Below, piece after piece: positions 43,641-56,761 of a stretch of 64,000 nucleotides of DNA. The first letter of the stretch is position 1. Every line of letters begins with the position of its first letter. Below the pieces are notes generated by a model. That model made no database searches. It was not told the origin of the DNA and worked only from the letters and a program-made list of their open reading frames with translations. Made by a program: the position numbers and the translations under genes. This DNA is from Octopus vulgaris (Eukaryota), in the NCBI GenBank assembly GCA_951406725.2, contig OX597830.1:27590001-27654000 (forward strand), in the 5' to 3' direction.

Positions 43641-43974
43641 ATATATGTATTTGATATATACATATGTATATATTTGATATATATATCTATATATTTTAAA
43701 ATATACTTATGTTTATATATGTATATGTATGTAAATATATATATATATATATATATATACATACATTCATCACACACACATACACACATATATATATATA
43801 GACATATCTGATATATATATATATATGTAAGTACGTTTATATATACATATATACATGTAATATATGTGTATGTGCGTGGTGTTTATTGATATATGCACAT
43901 GCATTTATCCTCGATACATACAATGTATATGTATATATGTTAGAAGAGTAAAAGAATATATATATACATATATG

Positions 43975-44042
<68 letters not shown>

Positions 44043-44811
44043 CATATATATATATGTGTGTGTGGAATTATATATATATATCTATATATACACACAAATA
44101 TATATATATTTACATATATAAATAAGTATATATATATATCTGTGTGTTTGTGTGCATATATGTATACACGCATATATAAGAAACTGCCCGCTTGTTTGCA
44201 TATGCATTCCTGCAATTTATACTAAGATTATACATACATACACACATACACACATATATGTATATATATACATACATACGTACATACACGTATACATATA
44301 TATATATGCATATATATATGTGTGTGTGTGTGTGTGTTTGTGTGCAAGTATGTGTGTATGTCTGTTTATGTATGTATGTATCTCCCACCATTCCATATAC
44401 TTCCTCAGTATCAATAATTTATATGTACGAAACATGTATGAAATTGCACATTCAAACTGAAGGTTTGCAAAAATTTATTAGGTAGAAACTAGAACTGAAA
44501 TTTTCACCAAGTATTTCATAAATGACAAAAGCCACATCAATTCCACAGTCTCCTGAGAGACTTTTTTTTGTTATTGTATGTCTATACCTGCCTCAAATGT
44601 GTTATCTCCTTATAGATAAATTTTTAATGGTAGAGGTTGCACGTAGGGATACAGCATTTATGAAGCAGTATGTATTCATTTTGAAGTACATGAAATTATA
44701 ACTATGTACAACTACGTATTAAGGCTGCCAAACACCCATGTATACATGTGTGTGTGTGTACATGGGGGGGGGTGTAAAAAGTTCCTGGCTTTCATTAAAA
44801 ACAGTTCTTGT

Positions 44812-45185
44812 AAGCGGTGAGCTGGCAGAAACGTTAGCACGCCGGGCGAAATGCTTAACGGTATTTCGTCTGCCGTTACGTTCTGAGTTGCCTTTCATCC
44901 TTTCGGGAACGATAAATTAAGGACTAGTAACGCACTGGGGTCGATATAATCGATTTAATCCGTTTGTCTGTCCTTGTTTGTCCCCTCTGTGTTTAGCCCC
45001 TTGTGGGTAGTAAAGAAATAGGTATTTCGTCTGTCTTTACGTTCTGAGTTCAAATTCCGCCGAGGTCGACTTTGCCTTTCATCATTACGGGGTGGATAAA
45101 TTAAGTACCAGTTGCGTACTGGGGTCGATCTAATCGACTGCCTCCCCTCTCCTCAAATTTCGGACCATGTGCCTAGAGTACAAAC
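44812..45185 (+). mobile_element. SINE family B head-to-tail dimer with two different 3' tails
   Basis: The first unit ends ...AGCCCCTTGTGGGTAGTAAAGAAAT (45019). The second restarts at AGGTATTTCGTCTG without the head and ends ...GTGCCTAGAGTA. Confidence 0.85.
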
Positions 45186-45912
45186 GAATTCTTGCAAAAG
45201 TTTAAGGAACAAGTACTCTACTAAAAAAAGCATTGAGTAATTCTACGCTTTTACGTTAAATTGTTTTTATATATAACCTGACATAAAATAAGCATTAATA
45301 AATGTGTGTTAGTGTGTATGTATGTATGTATGTATGTATGTATGTATGTATGTATGTATGTATGTATGTATGTACGTATGTATGTGTATACACGTATATA
45401 CGAACGGGCGATCAAACGAAAGAAAGTAATGCTCAACAGATTTACATGGGGTCATAGTTAACAGTAAGTGAACTGGGTTTGCATTGCTGGTCGCATAACG
45501 TTTTCACTTCCTCAAATATACAGATTCATAGAAAGAATATATATATTGTTAAATATACATTTCCACTATCACGAATATTTCCACTACCACGTGGAGAAAT
45601 GAATGTTTCTGAGCACTTTAAATATGGACATGACAAGTAATTACCAATGGTGGCCAAAATATTCACACACAGTGACCCTTAGAAATTTCTTTTAAATTCC
45701 CCCCACTCTTATAGCAAATGATGTGAATCCATTCGCATCGAGGCAAGTTTAATAGAGCTGAGTCATCTTGGACCTATGTATGTAAGTATGTATATATGTA
45801 TGTATGTATATATCTATCTATCTACCTACCTACCTGCCTGTCTATTTGTCTGTCAGTTTTTCTATCTGTCTATCAGTCTCTGTCTCTCTTTCTCTCTGTT
45901 TCTCTCCCTCCC

Positions 45913-45983
<71 letters not shown>

Positions 45984-45985
<2 letters not shown>

Positions 45986-46231
45986 TTCATTTCTCTTTCC
46001 TTTTGTTCCTTTTCCTTTTCTTTTTTTTCTTTTTATTCTTTTTATTTTATTCAATTTTTTTTTGTTTTTTTTGTTTTGGTTCTTTTCGTCCCTTTTACGA
46101 TCCCTCTTGATCGAAAACCTACGCCACCCCCTTTTTTTCTTTTGTTTTTTGTTCTCTTCATCCCCCAAAAGAAAAGCTCTACCTTGTAACTTGTCCCATC
46201 TGTGTGCAGCCCTGTGTGGCCAATAAAGAAA
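45984..46231 (+). mobile_element. LINE-like (probably Tx1) 3' end inserted in (CTAT)n, copy 1
   Basis: T-rich UTR ...TTTACGATCCC..GATCGAAA..AAAGCTCTACCTTGTAA..CAGCCCTGTGTGGCCAATAAAGAAA, flanked by (CTAT)n. Confidence 0.65.
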
Positions 46232-46296
46232 CTTATCTATCTATCTATATATCTATCTATGTATCTGTTTGTCTGTTTGTCTGTCTATCTATTCAC

Positions 46297-46376
<80 letters not shown>

Positions 46377-46552
46377 TTTTTCCTCTCCCCCTTTTTTTAA
46401 CCCCCCTTTTTTGTCCTCTTTCTCTCCTTTTACGATCCCTTTTGATCGAAACTCCCCCTTCCTTTTTTTTTTTTTTTTTAACCCTTCAAAAGAAAAGCTC
46501 TACCTTGTAATTTGTTCTATCTGTGTGCAGCCCTGTGTGGCTAATAAAGAAA
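46377..46552 (+). mobile_element. LINE-like (probably Tx1) 3' end inserted in (CTAT)n, copy 2
   Basis: Diverged paralog of 45984-46231 with the same terminus and flanks. Confidence 0.65.
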
Positions 46553-46557
46553 CATAC

Positions 46558-46625
<68 letters not shown>

Positions 46626-46744
46626 TTATCTGTCAATCAATCTATCTATCTATTTATTTACCTAGCTACTTACCTGCCTGTCTGTCTGTTTCTTTGGCTG
46701 CCAGTCTTTCTATCTGTCTATCTGTCTCTGTCTCTCCCCCTCCC

Positions 46745-46811
<67 letters not shown>

Positions 46812-47029
46812 GTCTGTCTGTCTGTCTGTCTGTCTATCCATCTGTCTGTTTGTCTGTCTGTCTGTCTATCAATCTATCTGTCAGTCTGTCTGTCTGTCTC
46901 TCTATCTATCTATATTTATACATACATATACATACACACACATACACACACACATACACACACACACATATATATATACACACGCACACATGTGTGTGTA
47001 CGTATATGTGGGTTTTTGTATCTGTGTGT

Positions 47030-47215
47030 GTCCCACACCATCACTTGTCAAGCGGTGTTGTGTATGTCTCCATAACATTAGTTGTTCGGCAAAAGAGACA
47101 AATAGAACAAGTCCCGGCCCCCAAAATGCACTGGACTCGATTCGCTCGACAAAACTTCTCTAAAGTGGTGTTCTTGCATTGCTGTGGTCTAATGAATGAA
47201 AAATATAAAGATATA
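47030..47215 (+). mobile_element. SINE family A, 3' half (diverged)
   Basis: GTTCGGCAAAAGAGAC..ATAGAA...GGTCTAATGA.TGAAA tail. Confidence 0.6.
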
Positions 47216-47268
47216 AGATAAAAGATATGTGCATGTTTGATTGTGCGTCTGTATGTGTATATGCGTGT

Positions 47269-47326
<58 letters not shown>

Positions 47327-47526
47327 CTTTATTTAAAGCAGCAGAAAATTCAACAAAATCTGTTACTCTGAGTTTCTCGTTGCCGTTCATCAGATGAATG
47401 GCAACGAGAAACTCAGAGTAACAGATTTTGTTGAATTTTCTGCTGCTTTAAATAAAGCATATTACTCTACCACTGGTATTTGAGTACTCTTTTTTCCACC
47501 TTGTTTCACATTTATGTGTTTACTCC

Positions 47527-47530
<4 letters not shown>
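47327..47530. mobile_element. Penelope-like inverted terminus: 131-bp near-perfect palindrome (47327-47457) with minimal hammerhead motif
   Basis: 64-bp arms, one mismatch, 3-nt centre. The minus strand reads CTGATGA-ACGGCAACGA-GAAACTCAGAGTA. Confidence 0.75.
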
Positions 47531-47564
<34 letters not shown>

Positions 47565-48195
47565 AATAATGAGGGAGATAAATTAATATTAATTTTAATA
47601 TCAATTTAAAACCAGTAGTCTAGCATACAAAAAATCTGAGAAATCAGAGAAAATTCTAATATATGTCTATATTGGCAGGGCAAGACTGCTAGGTAGTCGG
47701 CCGTATGCTAGAAATAGATCATCAACGATCAAACTACAAAGAAAGTTCTCTAGAGGAAAAATTCAGCGAACACCAGAACCAAATTTGGCGGACAGGACAG
47801 ATGAAAATTTATATAAAAAACAGAATTAATTGCATACCTCGGCTTCGGCCTTCAACAAAAGAATTACTTACATAATTCAAATGTCCGTGGCCTAATCAGT
47901 ACAATCATTCAGTGTAAATGCCATCTGCCAAACTAATCCCAGTTTTCTGTGCCAAAACAGACACGTGTTTAGTTTTACCGATTACATTAGGTATAAAATT
48001 TCAAACGTCTTAGTTCCGGCGCGCTAAAAAATTCCTGAAGCGAAGAACTGCAGTAAATAATTCACTGCGGCTAGTGCTTGCTACTAGAGAACGTATTTAT
48101 TTCAATATTTCAATAATGAGGGAGATAAATTAATATTAATTTTAATATCAATTTAAAACCAGTAGTCTAGCATACAAAAAATCTGAGAAATCAGA
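47565..48195. repeat. 631-bp element bounded by identical 84-bp direct repeats (PLE-like partial tandem or TRIM-like)
   Basis: 47565-47648 equals 48112-48195. Confidence 0.8.
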
Positions 48196-48214
48196 AATAT
48201 ATAGATAAATAGAT

Positions 48215-48345
48215 AGATAGGTTTAAGAGACAGAATCACTCTCAAGCAACTCAATCATCATTGAACGACATTATCCATGATAGGAACATATAAGACTAAA
48301 GGTACATATAGGACTTGAGGGTGATTCTGTCTCTTAAACCTATCT
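48215..48345. repeat. MITE-like inverted repeat, 32-bp arms
   Basis: AGATAGGTTTAAGAGACAGAATCACTCTCAAG / CTTGAGGGTGATTCTGTCTCTTAAACCTATCT, one mismatch. Confidence 0.75.
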
Positions 48346-48434
48346 CTATATATGCATATAATACAGTAAGTAATTCATTTTAGTATGACTAAATTGAACT
48401 TATCTCCCCTGTGGACTCAGAAATAACTTCCCTA

Positions 48435-48470
<36 letters not shown>

Positions 48471-48925
48471 GTATATATGCATACACATATTAAGAATGAT
48501 TTATATAATGTTGATGTAAGTCTGACATAGTCACCAAAGAGTGTGGAGTCGGTGAGTTGGCTGTAAGACCGATCGTAATCGAGGGGGTATGGAAGTCGAA
48601 GGTTAGAGAATCAATAAACGTCCTCAGAAATGTATTTGTATGAAAAGTTGCATATGATTTAATCAAGTTTTATCCTTACGGCTGTTTCGGATAATCGATG
48701 ACCGGTTGATATTGTCTTGATGTTGCAGGTATACATAAAAGCAAAGGAGAATTATCAACAAGAACGGATTTTGATATTCCTGTGTAGCCAGATTGCGATG
48801 TCTTCATCAGAAAGACATACACACACGCGCGCACACACACACGTACACACATACACAAACACACAGTCACGTGCTATTACTCGTGCATACATGTATGTAT
48901 GTGTGTATGTGAGCGTGTGTGCATT

Positions 48926-49236
48926 TTATTTGGAAGGAAGTAATAGAAAAAGTACTGTGAAATTGCAATGAAGAATGGAATATCCAATGTTTCGAACGGA
49001 GTCCTCCTTCAGGGCAAAGTTGAGGAATTGGCTGCAACTGATGAAGAACAGAAGAATAAATGTGAATTTGACATTTAAGCTGGAAGTAGGAGCGAGTGTT
49101 GGTGAAGAAATGAGAAATGAAAAGCGAAGACTACGTGCATGAGGTGGAGGGTAAATGAGGTAAGAGGGGAGCTGAAAGATAGTACTGTGATCAATGAAGT
49201 AAGACGAGGTGTAGGAATGGAAAGAGAAAAGTTGTA
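48926..49236 (-). mobile_element. Penelope-like 3' end relic
   Basis: Minus frame RSLRFSFLISSPTLAPTSSLNVKFTFI resembles a GIY-YIG C-terminus. It is followed by CTGAAGG-aGGAC-TCC-GTTC-GAAAC (49012-48986). Confidence 0.5.
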
Positions 49237-49277
<41 letters not shown>

Positions 49278-49334
49278 CGTCTCTGTCTCTTGGTCTCACG
49301 CGCTGTCACCCTTTCTCTATCCAAATGCCTAGTC

Positions 49335-49720
49335 TATGCTCACTGGTGGAATGTCCCAGTGAAAACCCCAATAAAATGCAAATATAATGGTCCAGTCATA
49401 CTGATTTGGAACAGAAAAGAGATAGTATGTAGAGTAGTGTAAATGAGGTTGCGAGTAGATGTTAAGAGAAAGGTAAATATCAGCAAAAAAGAAAATACTT
49501 CCATTGAACTATTGAATTATCAGATTACAAATGCTGATATATATTGCATTTACTGGGCCATTGGGATATGTAACAAACTGCCCAAACAACTATCTTGCGG
49601 ATATAAGTTTCTCAGAATCAGAAAGAAGAAACTTCATTAGAAGACTGTAAATACAAACTATGAAGGGAACTGCCAAAATTTGTAAAACATTCCAAAAGTT
49701 TAGCATTTAAGTGTATATGA
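49335..49720 (+). mobile_element. Decayed RLE-type non-LTR fragment (third subfamily)
   Basis: WWNVPVKTPIKCKYNGPVILIWNRKEIVCRVV resembles the W.....T.....NRPDI RLE motif. Confidence 0.6.
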
Positions 49721-49853
49721 TCAGGTCTCCATGTGAAACTATATGCATGCTACTACATACATGAAACAAATAATACACACCTGCAAGTACAGAGAATGAC
49801 TCCAGATATTGCACATATACACACGAACATGCAGAAATATCTTCCAGACACAG

Positions 49854-49927
<74 letters not shown>

Positions 49928-49929
<2 letters not shown>

Positions 49930-50325
49930 TACATAAATAATGATATTTTCATAAATATATGAAAGCTACTATGAAAGGCTCATAGTATAATAACTGTATA
50001 TAATATATATATATATATATATATAATGACATATATTTTTAAATATAAGCAAATGACCGAAAAATGATGAGCTAACCTCAGGCTGAATCAAACTCACAAA
50101 TCGACGCTTTCATGGCACTTTGCGAATCTGATTGGCCAAACGCTCACCCATCAAATTCAGTCAAATTTTATTAATATATACTTAAACTGTCTCAATACTA
50201 CATAAATAATATTTTTATAAGCAAACCCGAAAGGCTTTGCGAAGTAAGGAGAGAAAGCTACTATGGAAGGCTCATAGTATAATAACTGTATAATAACTGT
50301 ATATAATATATATGATAATGATATT
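49928..50325. repeat. Short element with ~40-bp direct repeats
   Basis: GAAAGCTACTATG(A/G)AAGGCTCATAGTATAATAACTGTATA at 49961 and 50253. ACTACATAAATAAT at 49928 and 50198. Confidence 0.6.
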
Positions 50326-50337
50326 TATTCACACATT

Positions 50338-50500
50338 ATGGCAGGTTTCTACACAGTTTCCGTCTACAAGGCATTGGCATGTTAGGGGCTATAGTACCAG
50401 ACACTTGCCCAAAGTCCTACTCTTTAGTACTGTAACCGGAGACTGGACTCGATATCACGCTGTTGTATAACTAAGTGCTTAACCCTACAGCTATGCCTGC
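50338..50500 (-). mobile_element. SINE family A, 5' half (diverged)
   Basis: CAGTTTCCGTCTAC...GACACTTGCCCAA...ACAGCTATGCCTGC. Confidence 0.65.
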
Positions 50501-50669
50501 ACACACACACACACACTTACACACACATGTATATATACAAAGAGTGAGAAGCAGAGAGTGTCTCATCGATGATAACACCCCGTCTTTGTCTCTCTCTCCT
50601 ATTCTCTCTCCCCATTTTATCTCTCTCTGTAATATGGAACGCATATTTCAAGTTATTTGTTTTTAATAT

Positions 50670-50762
<93 letters not shown>

Positions 50763-51456
50763 TAATAATAATAATTATTATAATGGTGGTGTCTGAGGAG
50801 ACAGTTTTTAGCATTGCATAGAAACGCAATAAAAAAAATGAGAAATCGATAACGAATTCGCAGCTACGTAAAGTAACACCCACCGGAAGCAGAATATAAA
50901 AATTGCTACAATATGTGAAGTAAGTCAATCGAAAATGGAAGAACTGTTATGGAAAATATTTAAAGCAGAATGGGTGATATCTTCACAGATACAAACTGCG
51001 AAGGGGTTAATGTTGTTAAGCACAGAGAAAATACAGTAATAAAAATATATTGAGAAAAAAAAAATCTCACATCCTACCCGTTTTACTGTGAAACTCACCC
51101 CCATAAATCTAAGAACAAAACACCCTAAAATAATAAATAAATGAATAAATCGGTCGCCGCCCCTACGATAACATCTGGATATGACTTGTACGCAAATTCC
51201 TGAAAGCATGTATGGAAAAAAACCGAGACGGACAAGAAATAATCGATACAATAGAAGATTTCCTTATTCCTTCTGTCTTAGAAGGATAAATAAAATGAAT
51301 ATATGTACATGTATATTCGTATGCAGGTATATATATATGTACGTGTGTATGTGTTCATGCATGCATATATGTAAATATGCGTATATATCATATATAATAT
51401 ATATGAAGAATAAGGACATACATATATATATATAAATATAAATTTATATATATTTA

Positions 51457-51494
<38 letters not shown>

Positions 51495-52393
51495 ACCATA
51501 TATTTATAGACGATTTATTTATACGAATTCTGTCTATATCTTTATCCATCTGTGTGTGTGCGTATGTTCAAGGATGTCTGTATAGATACACATATATTTT
51601 GTTATGCATGTGTACATCTCTCTCTGTCTCTCTATTTCTCTCTCTGTCTCTCTCTCTATCTATCTATCTATATAAAGCACAAAGAACTTTTACGTTTTTA
51701 AATGACGGAATAATACAAGAGTAAAAACAAACAAAAAAGCAAGAAAAACAATGATAAAAAAAATACAACGAAATAGGCTATGGAAGCAAAGACAGAACTT
51801 GGAGGAACAAGAAAAAAACACAGAAAATAAACTAAATAGGAACTTATATTTTACATCAACGGAAGTAAACAACAACAGCAACAATAACAGAGCAGCAGCA
51901 GCAACAACAACCACAATAATGATAATAATAATAATCAACAAAAACAGAGCATCAGTAATATATGTCATACTTGATCGAAGAGAGAATATGTCATAAAGAA
52001 TTATATCAGCTGAATGTGTTGTATCACTCTGGTTTTGATTCTAGAGTGTGGCATATTTACGTTGTGTACTAATAATACAATTCTCCGCCATTTCTATTTC
52101 AAAATGCTCTGTACTACTTACAATCATGGTATAGTGTTCATATATATATATATATTTACACATACCTATGACTATAGATGTATGTCTATGTACATATATG
52201 TACCTATGTATATAAATATTTTGTGCTTTCTTAGCCTGTAGTGTTTAGTTTACAAATCAATATACACATACTTACCTGATTTTAATATGGTAAATTTCAC
52301 TTTGTTCAGGAGCTTGTAAAATAAGCTACTGCGAGGCATCACATATATACATATATATCTGTTTATATATCTATGTAAATGTGTGTTAATATT

Positions 52394-52426
<33 letters not shown>

Positions 52427-52949
52427 GTATCTATATATGTATATATACATATGTGTGTATGTATGTATTTCTCTCACTTTCACTATTTTCCTCTTGTTTT
52501 TGTCTAACAAGCCTCCATGTTTGTTTTGGTTCGGTTTCCTTATATGTCTCCACTGTTCTGTTTTTGTTCCCAACTTTGTGCTTCCCATAAATCCTAAATT
52601 TTATTTTCGAATCTATGGGAGCAAGTATCTTTGAACACTCATATTTTCGTCGAATGCTCGAAATGAGGAGTAGAGAGACTGCCGACGACTGATGAAGGGT
52701 CCTGTCTCTCTTTTCACTTGTCCTGTTTTCTATTTTCTTTTTGTTGCTGTTTACATATTTCATTGTTTTTGCACAGTTAGTGACGTCCTGTGCTCAAATA
52801 TGCATATATATGTATATATATTTATTTATTTAAAATTAAGGATAAAATATTTATAAGAAATTATCAGTAGTTAGCGTGAAAAACCTCGTAAGAGAAAAAA
52901 TCTGTAAATTTTTCCACTATGAAAAATATTTATTTATATTACCCTCTAT

Positions 52950-53034
<85 letters not shown>

Positions 53035-53035
<1 letters not shown>

Positions 53036-53280
53036 ACCATGGCTTTGCACATAAAATGTTGCCCTCCAGGCAGAGTTGCGGGCATTGTTGTTTGTTGAAG
53101 ACTAGCAGTCACCTATGATTAACACTCTCTCCTCTCCATATCTGCGATGTTGTCCATGGGACGGGCAAAGAGCACCAAACCTTAGTGACTTTGCAACTTA
53201 ACTGTACAGATGAGTGAACTGGAGCAACATGGAATAAAGTGTCACCGACGCTCTAGCCACTGAGCCATGCACCTTCACAA
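53035..53280 (-). mobile_element. SINE of a third family (tRNA-like head, internally deleted)
   Basis: The minus strand begins GTGAAGGTGCATGGCTCAGTGGCTAGAGCGTCGG (A-box TGGCnnAGTGG). Confidence 0.6.
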
Positions 53281-53571
53281 TCACAGAGAGAGAGGTGGGG
53301 GAGAGAGACAGGCAGACAGACAGACAGAGACTGAGACACATACACAGATACAGACACACATACACGCATACACGTATGTATGTATGTGTATATATATATA
53401 TGAATTTCTTAACACCCCTATGTATATTTGTACACGCACGCGCACACACACGTACGTATATATGTACGAATACATATGTGTATATGCGTATGTATGAATG
53501 CATATATACATCTGTGTATGTGCGTGTGTGAATGTATGTATGTGAATGTCTATTGTGAGTTTAAGTATTCC

Positions 53572-53805
53572 TTATTTCTCTATTGATCACCAGGGGCTAA
53601 ACATAGAGGGGACAAACAAGGACAGACAAACGGATTAAGTCGATTACATCGACCCTAGTGCGTAACTCGTATTTAATTTATCGACCCCGAAAGGATGAAA
53701 GGAAAAATCGACCTCGGCGGAGTTTGAACTCAGAACGTAAAGACAGACAAAAAAACTGCTAAGCACTTCATCCGGCGTGCTAACGATTCTGCCAGCTCAC
53801 CGCCT
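53572..53805 (-). mobile_element. SINE family B with the LINE-like alternative tail
   Basis: Tail AGGGGCTAAACATAGAGGGGACAAACAAGGACAGACAAACGG is the reverse complement of about 44960-45001. Confidence 0.88.
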
Positions 53806-54066
53806 TATTTAAATATTTCTATGTGTGTGCTAAGTGTGTGTTTGTTTGCATGTGAAACTTAAGTAGATAAAAAAGAACAGGTGAATCCTAGTGATAATTA
53901 TTGTGGTGTTTATCGTGGTCGGTCGTTTTGCCAATCCATGTCCACATCAAATGTTGTCGTACAAGCGTTTTACTAGCGGTTGTCTTTGTCCTCATCGTTA
54001 TCGTCGTCGTCATGAACGTCATCATCATCATCGATAGTGGCAGCCAGCTGCAGCAACAGCACCAGG

Positions 54067-54161
<95 letters not shown>

Positions 54162-54514
54162 AATGATGATGATGATAATAATAATAATAGTGATAATAAT
54201 AATAGTAACAATGATGATGATAATAATAATAATAATTAAAAAATTATTATTATTATTATTATTATTATTGTTTAATTCAATACAAATAGACTGCATCCTA
54301 TCTAACAGCGGTTTCTGCTTCCAATGTTATATGTTATTGCCATTGATATGCTAAAAACAAAACTATTCATCATAGACTGATACTAAAACCGATCTGGAAC
54401 ATGGAGCTTCATCAGAGTGAAGAAAATACATACATAAAAGGAGATCTTAGAGAGGAAAAGGATAGGTTGGATATGTCTAAATCGTACCATTTTGCTTATG
54501 TGTCTCTTTGGGAC

Positions 54515-54575
<61 letters not shown>

Positions 54576-54581
<6 letters not shown>

Positions 54582-54716
54582 TGAAATTACAAAAACCAGA
54601 ATACGAAGACAGGTGTATAAACAACAAGCAAATGTATTAGTTTGACGCTCGGGAAGGTGAGAAAGTTTTTTACGTTTCGAGCCCATGCTCTTTAACAGAA
54701 AGGGACACGAGGAACA
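54576..54716 (-). mobile_element. Penelope-like terminal fragment with degenerate hammerhead motif
   Basis: Minus strand 54698-54671: CTGTTAA-aGAGC-ATGG-GCTC-GAAAC-GTA. Confidence 0.45.
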
Positions 54717-55149
54717 CACGTACTAAAAAGAAACTTCTTCCAAAAAGGTTAGTGGCGTTGTGATCAAGAATTTACAATTATTTCTTTTAAACTAATTTTT
54801 TAAGAGATCTTTTTTATACTTAGTACAAATGTATCAAATATATACATTTATATATATATATATATAAAGGCGCCTTCACAGACACATGGGGAGGTATTGC
54901 GCGTGCGTGTGTTATGTGTGTGTGTGTGTGTGTCTGTGAAGGAGCCTTTACGTTTTTGTTTGCTGCTCCACCATTTCAAAACTGGTATTGTTTCCTTTAT
55001 TTCTTAATAACCTACCGTTTCTGCACAGCGATCGATAATATGATTATCGCATTAGAAATATAAGTACTGGGGTCGATTTGTTTGACCAAACCCTTCAGGC
55101 CGGAATTCCAGTTAGGGAAACCATCAGGTGTAGAAAATCAAAAATTATC

Positions 55150-55530
55150 ATGGCGTAGGTGTGTGTTAAGAAGTTTGCTTCCCAGCCACATGGTTCTGGG
55201 TTCAGTTCCACAGCGGGGTATCTTGGGCAAGTGTCTTCTACTATGGCCTCGGCCTGACCAAAGGCTTATGAGTGGATTTGGCAGACGGAAGCTGAAAGAA
55301 GCCTGTCGTATATATATGTATATATTTGTGTGTTTGTGTCTATGTTTTCCCTCTAACATCGCTTGACAACCGATCTTGGTATGTTTACGTCTTATGCAGT
55401 TCGGCACAAGAGACTGATAGAATAAGTACCAGGCTTACAAAGATTAAGTCCAGGGGTAGATTTCTTCGAGTAAAAGGCGTAGCTCCAGTGTGGATACTGT
55501 CAAAATGACTCAAACAAGTAAAAAATAAAA
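55150..55530 (+). mobile_element. SINE family A, full length
   Basis: GGGTTCAGTTCC...CTTGGGCAAGTGTCTTCTACTAT...GATAGAATAAGTACCAGGCTTACAAAGA. Confidence 0.85.
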
Positions 55531-56726
55531 TGGTGGCTATAATGATAATCTTAGGTGGGGTACGAACTGAGACTCGTGAAAACGATGGCGGTGATGACAG
55601 TCTTTATGATTGTAAGCAAAGACTGGCAGCAAAATGATAGGTGGTGTCTGCAATGCGAACTCTCTCTTCAAGGACACTTTGCGTAATTAAGAAAGTGCTA
55701 ATTTGAGATAGAGAGTGAGGATGGGAGAGAGACGGGGGATGGGTAGTTTCAAAAGGCAACAGCACGACGTGCATATTATTTTTTGATTTCTGAAATATTT
55801 ACCACTGAAGATGATACTTTTAGTAATACGGATGATTGGGATGATGATGATGATGATGATGATAATGAAAAAAGCAGCCGATAAATGTGTTCATGAAGAT
55901 GGGGGCAACGATGACTATGATAATTGGGATAACGATAAATATTGTGATGATTGGAATTTTTCAGTTATTACTGTTAAAAATTCTTAATCCAAGATTTGCT
56001 GGTATTCCTGGATGTAGTGTTGGTACTGCTGAAAATATAATGCTGATGAAGATATTGATTGCTGAAATTGTTTGCTATTTTGCTTTTCTGGTAATGTTGG
56101 TGATGATGTTGATAACAATGCCAATGATTATGATGGTGATAATAAGGATGACGAAGATGTCGATTATGATGATGATGATGATAATGACGATGATGTTGAT
56201 GATGATAACGGCGATGACTACGATGTTGATGATGAAGATGATGATGATGATGATGATGATGGTGGTGGTCGTGGTGGAGATGATGATAATGATGAGATTA
56301 CTGATGATGATGACGATGATAATGGTGATGGTGGTGATAATGATGATGATGATGTGTGAAATACGGAGGAGTGAAAACGAATAATTGCAAAAAAAGTGTA
56401 GGGGAAGAATAATAGGAGTAAAAAAAGGCAAACCGTTTGAAAAATAATCAAACCAAATAAATAAATACACATAGAAAATAAAATAAAGAAAAAACTGAAT
56501 CACCAAAATAAACAATATAAGTAAGGAAAGAATGAGGAAAACCACAAAAAAGAACAGAAGAACATTTTAAACAACAACAATAAGTGCAATAATGATGATG
56601 ATGAAGATGACGTCGACGATGATGATGATGATTAGGATGATTATGATGATGATGATGGTGATGATGATGATGATAATAATAATAATAATGATGATGATGA
56701 TGATGATGACGATGATGATGATGATG

Positions 56727-56761
<35 letters not shown>

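Noticed and set aside
52578-52624. Hairpin TGCTTCCCATAAAT...ATCTATGGGAGCA as a pre-miRNA
   Set aside because: The stem is only about 13 bp and no known mature miRNA was recognised.
54866-54950. ~21-bp inverted repeat around (GT)n
   Set aside because: Short, partly microsatellite-derived, with no TSD or second copy visible.
55887-56384. Met-rich and Asp-rich ORFs (reflectin-like or acidic protein idea)
   Set aside because: Degenerate (GAT)n repeat with no reflectin motif.
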